A stretch of DNA of 64,000 bases. Origin: a virus. Below the pieces are notes generated by a model. It ran no database searches. It was given only the letters and a program-made list of their open reading frames with translations, and was not told the origin of the DNA. Below, piece by piece: positions 57,569 through 64,000 of the stretch. How positions within the stretch are numbered: position 1 is the first letter of the stretch; each line of letters starts with the position of its first letter. Position numbers and translations under genes: made by a program. The stretch lies in the IMG/VR virus record IMGVR_UViG_3300025168_000043, positions 32,377 through 96,376 of that record; one strand, 5' to 3'.

Positions 57569-58141
57569 ATGGCAAATAACTTCTGGACAAACGCTGGAGC
57601 GGCTAACGATCCAAAAAGAGGCTTTCGCTTCCGGGTGATGATCCCCGGTATTGATTCTAATTACCTTTGGTATGCTAAGACTGCTACAAAGCCACAGATT
57701 TCTTTTGGTGAAGCATCACACTCTTACTTGAACCACACCTACTATTGGCCCGGACGAGCAGAGTGGAATGAGGTAGATGTTGTTCTGGTTGATCCTGTCG
57801 AGCCAAATCTTGGAGGTAACATGTCAGCCCTGATTACCGCTGCTGGTTATGCGATCCCTGAAGATTCTAATTCTTTTAGTACAATGTCAAAAGCCCGTGC
57901 GTCCCAGCCACTTGGAGTTGTTACAATTGAACAGATTGACGAGAGTGGTAACACTATAGAGAAGTGGAATCTAAACAATGCTTGGGTCAAAGAACTGTCG
58001 TGGGGAGACCTCGACTATTCAAGTGATGATCTTACTGAATGTACTATTAAGTTCCGATACGATTGGGCATCCCTTACTTCCAAAGCCGATGGTCCACAAA
58101 ACATTAGTGGCCCCTTCTTCGCAGGGCCTACAACCAGTTAG
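57569..58141 (+). CDS. Tail tube protein (T4 gp19-like)
   Basis: DPKRGFRF, YWPGRAEW, EKWNLNNAWV...WGDLDYSS...IKFRYDWA. Confidence 0.88.
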   Translation: MANNFWTNAGAANDPKRGFRFRVMIPGIDSNYLWYAKTATKPQISFGEASHSYLNHTYYWPGRAEWNEVDVVLVDPVEPNLGGNMSALITAAGYAIPEDSNSFSTMSKARASQPLGVVTIEQIDESGNTIEKWNLNNAWVKELSWGDLDYSSDDLTECTIKFRYDWASLTSKADGPQNISGPFFAGPTTS

Positions 58142-58154
58142 TAGAGGTGTTTAA

Positions 58155-59108
58155 ATGGGTAACAAAGGTTTCGACGATCTCGATAGTTACGCAACTAATC
58201 GCCAAAGACAACTTAATGAGAACGCAAGGGAGCGTGTCGAGGGTCTTATCCGACCCGGCCAAGGTGTAAATCCAAACTTTGGGGTCAATCCGGGCGCCCT
58301 CGGAGACTTTAACCTCCCCGCCTCAAATATACCTAGTGATTTAGATCTAGCAAAAACATTTGTTGATGCTGCGATTGCAAAAGAGAGTAGCAAGAAACCA
58401 CAATTTTGGACAAACACTAAACTAGCTTTTGACCCCAAGTCACAGTTTCGTTGGAGAGTCCGTATACCCGGCTTTTCGGGAATTCGTGTCGGTACCGGGA
58501 ACGGCCGCGCCGGTTTAGAAGTCGATGATTCTGTTCAACTCGGTATATGGTATGCAAAAACAATAGACAAACCATCTTATGCTGTTAAGAATCTTGTAGA
58601 AGGAAGATATCCAGTAGATGGTGTATTGGCCTTTCCAAAAATAACCGCTACATCACCAGAACTTAAACCTATTACAATGACGTTGGTCGATCCCGTCAAT
58701 CCTGATGCCACAAGAGTTCTTGCTAAGTACTTGCGAAATGGAGGATTTCAGGAAAAAACGAAACCCGATAACTCTACGCAAGGTTACTTAAGCACCAATT
58801 ATCCATTGTCTAACGAAAGAACACAATCCGATTTTACTGTTGGAGAAATGTATATAGAACAGTTAGATTCTAGGGGTAATGTACTGGAGCGTTGGACTTT
58901 AATCGATCCATACCCAATCGATGTAAATTTTGGAAAACTTGATTACTCCAGTGACGATTTAGTAGAAATCTCCGTTACTTGGGGATATAGAACATTTAAA
59001 GTATTCTTTGCAGCAACTGGTAATAGTGAAGAAATAGAATACTTTGCAGAGATACCAGCCGCCAATAGTTTGGGTGGCGGTAGCGCCGGCGGATTACCCG
59101 GCACATGA
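58155..59108 (+). CDS. Second tail-tube-fold protein (tube paralog or gp48/gp54-like initiator)
   Basis: DPKSQFRWRV...ITMTLVDPV...ERWTLIDPYP..VNFGKLDYSSDDL mirrors the preceding tube gene. Confidence 0.75.
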   Translation: MGNKGFDDLDSYATNRQRQLNENARERVEGLIRPGQGVNPNFGVNPGALGDFNLPASNIPSDLDLAKTFVDAAIAKESSKKPQFWTNTKLAFDPKSQFRWRVRIPGFSGIRVGTGNGRAGLEVDDSVQLGIWYAKTIDKPSYAVKNLVEGRYPVDGVLAFPKITATSPELKPITMTLVDPVNPDATRVLAKYLRNGGFQEKTKPDNSTQGYLSTNYPLSNERTQSDFTVGEMYIEQLDSRGNVLERWTLIDPYPIDVNFGKLDYSSDDLVEISVTWGYRTFKVFFAATGNSEEIEYFAEIPAANSLGGGSAGGLPGT

Positions 59109-59129
59109 TAATTTTAACCTAGAGAGGTA

Positions 59130-59978
59130 ATGATGAGAGACAATAATAAACGGCTATCAGCCGGTGCAGACCCAGCACCTGCCGTAGCTGATGATGCAAA
59201 GCCGTCCTTGGACTTTGCTACACCAACAGAGTTGGTGGATTTGCCATCAAAAGGCAAGTTTTATTCTGAAGGGCATCCCCTTTATAATCAAGAAACAATC
59301 GAAATCAAGTATATGACAGCTAGAGATGAAGATATTCTAACATCTCCTTCGTTATTGAAGAAAGGTTTGGCTATTGATCGATTCCTACAAAATGTTATTC
59401 GCAATCAGCGGATTAACGTTAGCTCGTTGCTAACAGGTGATAAGAGTGCGATCATTGTTGCATCTCGTATCAACGGATTTGGAGCAGAGTATAAAACAAA
59501 AGTAACGTGCCCTAACTGTATCACTGTTAGCGAATATACTTTTGATTTAGATGGAGTCGAACACTACTATGGTGATGATTTGGAAAACTATGATGTTGTT
59601 CCATCTGATCGTGGAACTTTTATTGTTAAGCTTCCAAGAACAAAGTTTGAAGTTGAAGTACGATTGCTGACTGGCAGAGACGAAAACGAACTCGCTGCAA
59701 AGATGCAATCTAGCCAAAAGCGATCAAACAAGATTGAAACAAACCTTACTGACCAGTTAAAGAAAGTTATTGTTTCAGTGAATGGTGTAGAGGATATACA
59801 ATCTATACACCAAGTTGTTAATAATTTACCGGCTTATGATTCTCGATATCTGCGTGGCGCTTATGCTAAGATCACGCCCGGCCTTGATATGACGCAGCAC
59901 TTTGGGTGCCCAGCGTGTGGTTTCGAGAAGGAGGTAGATATACCCTTAACGGTTGACTTTTTTTGGTCTAAGCAATGA
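59130..59978 (+). CDS. Baseplate hub assembly chaperone (T4 gp26-like)
   Basis: LPSKG..Y, IKYMTARDEDIL, two CPxC motifs, C-terminal DFFW. Confidence 0.8.
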   Translation: MMRDNNKRLSAGADPAPAVADDAKPSLDFATPTELVDLPSKGKFYSEGHPLYNQETIEIKYMTARDEDILTSPSLLKKGLAIDRFLQNVIRNQRINVSSLLTGDKSAIIVASRINGFGAEYKTKVTCPNCITVSEYTFDLDGVEHYYGDDLENYDVVPSDRGTFIVKLPRTKFEVEVRLLTGRDENELAAKMQSSQKRSNKIETNLTDQLKKVIVSVNGVEDIQSIHQVVNNLPAYDSRYLRGAYAKITPGLDMTQHFGCPACGFEKEVDIPLTVDFFWSKQ

Positions 59979-60165
59979 TTATATTGCCTCGGTATATGAA
60001 GAGTTTTTTCTTTTAAAATACCACGGCAATTGGTCGTTTATGGAAGCTTACAATCTTCCTATCACTGTTCGCAGATGGTTCTTGAGTCGTCTTCAACAAC
60101 AGGTTGAAAAAGAAAATAAACAAATCGAAGAGGCCCAAAGTAAATCTAAGTCCGGAAGGCGTTAA
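59953..60165 (+). CDS. Baseplate assembly protein (T4 gp51-like), possibly expressed by frameshift
   Basis: FLLKYHGNWSFMEAYNLPITVRRWFL resembles gp51; only a TTG start, overlapping a T7 run. Confidence 0.7.
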   Translation: MTFFGLSNDYIASVYEEFFLLKYHGNWSFMEAYNLPITVRRWFLSRLQQQVEKENKQIEEAQSKSKSGRR

Positions 60166-60182
60166 TGTCTTCCGGTCTTTTT
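60152..60182 (+). terminator. Rho-independent terminator
   Basis: CCGGAAGGCG-TTAA-TGTCTTCCGG followed by TCTTTTT. Confidence 0.75.
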
Positions 60183-60221
60183 GCTTCTTGAAACTATTTA
60201 CATAGAGGGAGAACATAGGCT

Positions 60222-61031
60222 ATGGATGATTTTAACAAACAAATAGATATGGTTTTAGAATCCTCTTTGGGGGAGGTTAGAGCCGATGTGTTTGACCGCA
60301 TCGCAATGCCACCAAGTAGAGTAGGCACAGTAGCAGCCGAGCCAGAGCCAGAGCCGGATGATCCGGACGCCGAAGAGGAAGAAGAGGAAGCCCCGTTGCC
60401 TTCGCTTGAGCCTGATACATTCGATGTAGATGCTGTGGAGGCTTTGTTGCCCACGATGTCGGATGATGAAAGAGAAGATTTTCTCGCAAGACTTAGTTTT
60501 GACCCGGCCACGGAAATGTTTTCCCTCCCCCCAGAGGACGAACCAACCGAAGAAGCCGAACCAACCCCAGCAATCCCACGCCCTGCGAGACCATCAACTG
60601 CCAAGCGCACAAGCGGAACCACCCCGCTAGGCCACGCCCGTGACGCAGCCGCCGCCATCGGAAACCTTTTCCGCCGCAACGAGAATGTTAACGAAAACCG
60701 CAAACCAGCCGATGACCTTGTTGAAATCGTGATTGATTTTGAAGAGTTAAAGAAACAAGAACTTAATGAAAGCTTCTTGGCTATGTTTGGTGGCTGGGTT
60801 GAGCAAATCTTGAAGTCGATGTTCGGCGGCAGAACTCTTCCTTTGGCAGTCAAGGGTAGTTCCAGAGACGTTAAAGCTTTCGCAAAAGCAATCGGAGGTG
60901 AAAGAGCTTATCTAGACGCAGCGCAAAGATATGGTCTTGATCACCCTACAACGTATAAAAACAAAGCAAAGCTTAACAACTCTATTAAGGGCTTTGAGAA
61001 AGACACCGGCTTAAAGTGGCCGTTTAAGTAG
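60222..61031 (+). CDS. Hypothetical acidic protein before tape measure
   Basis: 269 aa; late motif AACTATTTAC at 60192; acidic Pro-rich low-complexity segment; VLE, LGE, VNE, LNE sites. Confidence 0.55.
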   Translation: MDDFNKQIDMVLESSLGEVRADVFDRIAMPPSRVGTVAAEPEPEPDDPDAEEEEEEAPLPSLEPDTFDVDAVEALLPTMSDDEREDFLARLSFDPATEMFSLPPEDEPTEEAEPTPAIPRPARPSTAKRTSGTTPLGHARDAAAAIGNLFRRNENVNENRKPADDLVEIVIDFEELKKQELNESFLAMFGGWVEQILKSMFGGRTLPLAVKGSSRDVKAFAKAIGGERAYLDAAQRYGLDHPTTYKNKAKLNNSIKGFEKDTGLKWPFK

Positions 61032-61043
61032 GGGGTGTTTTAA

Positions 61044-63350
61044 ATGGCAAATGGAGACGGTAGAACACCAGAACAAATACAAGCAGATGCCGAAGCCCTC
61101 GCACTCGTACAACAACGCCTAAGCCAAACCACCGCCGAACGTCTTGAAGATCTACAAAAAGAACAAAAGACGTTAAAAGATAATGTTGACCTTTTAGAAA
61201 CGATTGATCGTGCCACAAATCGAGTTGTCGGTCTTGGGGCCAAAAAACTTGAACTAGATCAAAAAGCGTTAGAGGTTTTAAAACAACAAACAAAACTTGA
61301 AAGAGAAAGAGGAAAACTTCAAGGCGCCGCTCTTGACGACAGACTTAGAGAAATTGCTCTTATTGAAGATGCTTTAGATCTACAAAGAGACTCTTATAAT
61401 GAAGCAGAAGGGGCTGCTAGAAGATTTCTTGGAGTACAAAAGCCCTCTGGACTGGCACGATCAATAGTTACTGGCGCAGCCGGAGCCAAATCTTTTGCCC
61501 GAGGCCTAAAAGAGATTTTAACCCCAGCAAATCTAGTTGGGTCAGCCCTCATGAAAGTTGCCGAGGCCTCCATTCTTGTCGGCACTCAACTTGATGAAGC
61601 AACTGCTAGCCTCTCAAAGGGAACAGGCCAGTTTGGCGTCTTCGATGTCCAAGTAGGCCAACTCGAACGGAGCCTATTTCAGGCCGGCGTTACCGCTGAA
61701 GATTCCGGCGCCGCCTTCAACAGCTTGTTCACAAATGTTAATGATTTTACTGGAATGCAGACCGCAACGCAGAATGAGTTAGCGCAGACCGTTGCCGTAT
61801 TAGATGAACTTGGTGTCGCTGGCGACACGACCGCAAAAAACTTACAACTTGCGACAAAAGTGCTTGGGATGACAGCTACCGAAGCAGGTGAGCTTACAAG
61901 AGAAATATTAGATTTTTCCATAGATCTTGGACTTTCACAACAACAAGTAGCCGATGATTTATCAAACTTTGGCCCTATGTTGGCTGCTTTAGGTAAGGAA
62001 GGGGTAAGCGCGTTTAAACAACTAGAAGTTCAAGTCAAAGCCACTGGCTTGCAAGTGAATGAACTCCTGCAACTAACAGAACAGTTCAACAAGTTTGACA
62101 CAGCCGCGCAGGCTGTTGGTAAGCTAAATGCTCTTCTCGGAGGACCGTTCCTAAACACACTTGAACTGGTAAATGAAACCAATCCGGCAAAGAGATTTGA
62201 GCTATTAAAGAATAGTATAGATAAAGCCGGCCTTTCCTTTGATACAATGGATTTCTACCAGAAGAAAGCTTTGGCAAGCGCAATCGGACTTAATGAACAA
62301 CAGTTAGCTCTTATGATGCGTGGTCGTTTAGATTTAATAAATGAACCAGAGAAATCAGCGCGCGATATTGAACAACTAGCCGCAGCGACACAACAGTTTC
62401 AAAGCTTGGCAGAAGAGTTAAAGCAAACCGTTGCAGCCTTAGCTGTGCCGCTTGGTCCTGTGTTTGATGGACTTAAGATGCTTTTAAATGGTATTCAAGA
62501 ACTAGCGCCTGCCCTGCCACCTATTATCATAGGTCTTGGTTTGCTCGTCGGCGTGATGACCCGAGCAGCCGTCGCCGCAGGCCTCGCAGCGATCGCGAAG
62601 AAGGGAGAGACAGCCGCTCTTCTCTCTAATAATGTAGCTCAAATCGCCGCCAACACCGCATCTGGCGGCGCCGCAGTCACAGCAGAAGTGGAAACAGTGG
62701 CACGCGGCTTACTTACAACGGCGATTGGGCTTCAGGCTGAAGCATTAGATAAACTGACTACTGCTACTACTAACTACGGATTAGCAGCAAAAACAGCAGC
62801 AACATCCGGTGCTGTTGGAGGCGCCGGCGCCGCTGGTGGCGTAGGTTTAGCAGCCACCCTCGCAGCATTCGCAAACCCAGCTACTTTAGGCGGTCTTTTG
62901 ATCATAACAGGTGCGGTTGTAGTATTGGCTAGTGTTTTCGGTCTTGTTATAGCAGCAGTTGGGTTTCTTGTAATGCAGTTCGCAAAACTGGCTGGAAACT
63001 TTACCAATGTAGCACAGGGCGTCAGAACGATGGTCGATGCGATTAACGATATAGAAGCTTCTAAAGCTGTTGTATTTACAACCGCCATGGCTCCTGTGGC
63101 TGCGATCGCAATGTCACCAATCGGAATGGCTGGAGCCGTTGCCACTACTACCGGAGGCGCTACAGACGGTGGAGCAGGCGGTGGGGCAGGTGGGGCAGCA
63201 CCAACGATTAATATTAGTTTAAGTATTGACGGAGATGAGTTATCAACTGCTGTAAATTCTGTTGAGGTGTCTAGATATAACAAAGGCCAACAAAGCGATA
63301 TGTACAACTCGATTATCGCTATGATTGAGCAAGGCTTGGTGAAGGGGTAA
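61044..63350 (+). CDS. Tape measure protein
   Basis: 768 aa Ala/Leu/Gly-rich helical protein with hydrophobic C-terminal segments; follows tube and chaperone genes. Confidence 0.82.
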   Translation: MANGDGRTPEQIQADAEALALVQQRLSQTTAERLEDLQKEQKTLKDNVDLLETIDRATNRVVGLGAKKLELDQKALEVLKQQTKLERERGKLQGAALDDRLREIALIEDALDLQRDSYNEAEGAARRFLGVQKPSGLARSIVTGAAGAKSFARGLKEILTPANLVGSALMKVAEASILVGTQLDEATASLSKGTGQFGVFDVQVGQLERSLFQAGVTAEDSGAAFNSLFTNVNDFTGMQTATQNELAQTVAVLDELGVAGDTTAKNLQLATKVLGMTATEAGELTREILDFSIDLGLSQQQVADDLSNFGPMLAALGKEGVSAFKQLEVQVKATGLQVNELLQLTEQFNKFDTAAQAVGKLNALLGGPFLNTLELVNETNPAKRFELLKNSIDKAGLSFDTMDFYQKKALASAIGLNEQQLALMMRGRLDLINEPEKSARDIEQLAAATQQFQSLAEELKQTVAALAVPLGPVFDGLKMLLNGIQELAPALPPIIIGLGLLVGVMTRAAVAAGLAAIAKKGETAALLSNNVAQIAANTASGGAAVTAEVETVARGLLTTAIGLQAEALDKLTTATTNYGLAAKTAATSGAVGGAGAAGGVGLAATLAAFANPATLGGLLIITGAVVVLASVFGLVIAAVGFLVMQFAKLAGNFTNVAQGVRTMVDAINDIEASKAVVFTTAMAPVAAIAMSPIGMAGAVATTTGGATDGGAGGGAGGAAPTINISLSIDGDELSTAVNSVEVSRYNKGQQSDMYNSIIAMIEQGLVKG

Positions 63351-63353
63351 ACT

Positions 63354-64000
63354 ATGTCAGCTAAGATAACTATAGAACACGTTGCTACTGGATTAACTAC
63401 TACTTTGTCAAACTATTATATGACTGAGTTCTCAGATAATATTAGTACAAAGTACAATAAAGTAGAAACATTTGGTCGTATGGATCCTCTTGTTAACTAT
63501 CAGGGAAGCACAAGAGATATATCGGTTGGTTTATTATTTACATTGACAGATCGAGCCGAACATGTTAGAATGCATAGGATGATTACCAAACTACAGAAGA
63601 TGCAATACCCAGTTTATGAAAACAAAGCGAATGCGCTTACCATCCAAAGACCTCCTCTGGTCAAAGTAACCTTTGCAAACCTGATTCGAGGCAATGGCGG
63701 CGGTGCTCTTCTTTGTGCAATGGAAGGATTTTCATTTACACCCAAAGTTGGTTTCACACCAGAAGATTCACCGTATGTGCGCTTCGGCGCTCCTAGAGGC
63801 CAACAAAGCAACCAAGGCCCAAAAACAGATATTAATCAAGTGGGTACGGCAGACGAAATATTCTTTAAAGAATATTCATTCGCGTTTAAATTCACTGTTT
63901 TGCACGAAGAACCAATGGGTTTTGCAATAGATTCATCTATGCGAGACAGAGAAACTGATTTGGGCAAAGACAGCAGCTACAATGACAAGAATATGCGCTT
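63354..64000 (+). CDS. Baseplate/tube-fold protein (gp48/gp54-like), 3'-truncated; absent from the supplied ORF track
   Basis: Manual translation MSAKITIEHVATG...MTEFSDNISTKYNKVETFGRMDPLVNYQGSTRDIS...QYPVY...PPLVKVTFANLI, open to the window end; SD aagggg. Confidence 0.7.
   Translation, partial: MSAKITIEHVATGLTTTLSNYYMTEFSDNISTKYNKVETFGRMDPLVNYQGSTRDISVGLLFTLTDRAEHVRMHRMITKLQKMQYPVYENKANALTIQRPPLVKVTFANLIRGNGGGALLCAMEGFSFTPKVGFTPEDSPYVRFGAPRGQQSNQGPKTDINQVGTADEIFFKEYSFAFKFTVLHEEPMGFAIDSSMRDRETDLGKDSSYNDKNMR

Noticed and set aside
1-64000. The many short minus-strand and off-frame ORFs in the supplied track
   Set aside because: They lie inside long, motif-bearing + strand genes, lack RBS or promoter context, and read as antisense shadows.
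4460-64000. Bacterial contractile injection system, tailocin or T6SS locus
   Set aside because: Terminase, portal, protease, scaffold, major capsid protein and primase are all present, so this is a true phage.
1-64000. Stop-codon reassignment as in some jumbo phages
   Set aside because: Conserved genes are intact in code 11, and TAA, TAG and TGA all occur at plausible gene ends followed by new RBSs.
1-64000. CRISPR array, tRNA genes, DGR repeats
   Set aside because: Intergenic gaps are short; I saw no repeat-spacer pattern, cloverleaf, or reverse transcriptase/TR-VR pair by eye.

Overview
This 64-kb window is part of a large T4-like (contractile-tailed, probably jumbo) bacteriophage genome. 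Essentially all real genes are on the + strand and read cleanly in the standard bacterial code. Order of modules: (1) baseplate/tail-fibre region (gp25-like, gp6-like, a 3393-aa LamG/gp7-like giant, several large unknowns); (2) an interspersed sigma70-driven DNA metabolism set (RuvC-like resolvase, primase, 2OG-Fe(II) oxygenase, fused SbcD-SbcC/Mre11-Rad50); (3) an array of small acidic proteins sharing an N-terminal leader MK(I/V/T)T(R/K)xxLxQ(I/M)IxEE; (4) a putative holin/spanin-like trio; (5) the head module (terminase, portal, prohead protease, phage-encoded ribosomal protein bS21, scaffold, major capsid protein); (6) neck, sheath, tubes, gp26/gp51-like chaperones and tape measure. A motif (A/T)ACTATTTA precedes most structural units and is the likely late promoter. 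The most interesting undescribed-looking features are the leader-tagged, protease-site-punctuated cargo array (a candidate capsid-loading and shuffling system), a precise two-hairpin kissing-loop RNA just after the capsid gene, a probable +1 frameshift joining gp26- and gp51-like ORFs, a promoter-duplication-flanked oxygenase cassette, and shared C-terminal GGGY tails. All product calls come from motif recognition and synteny; no database searches were run.
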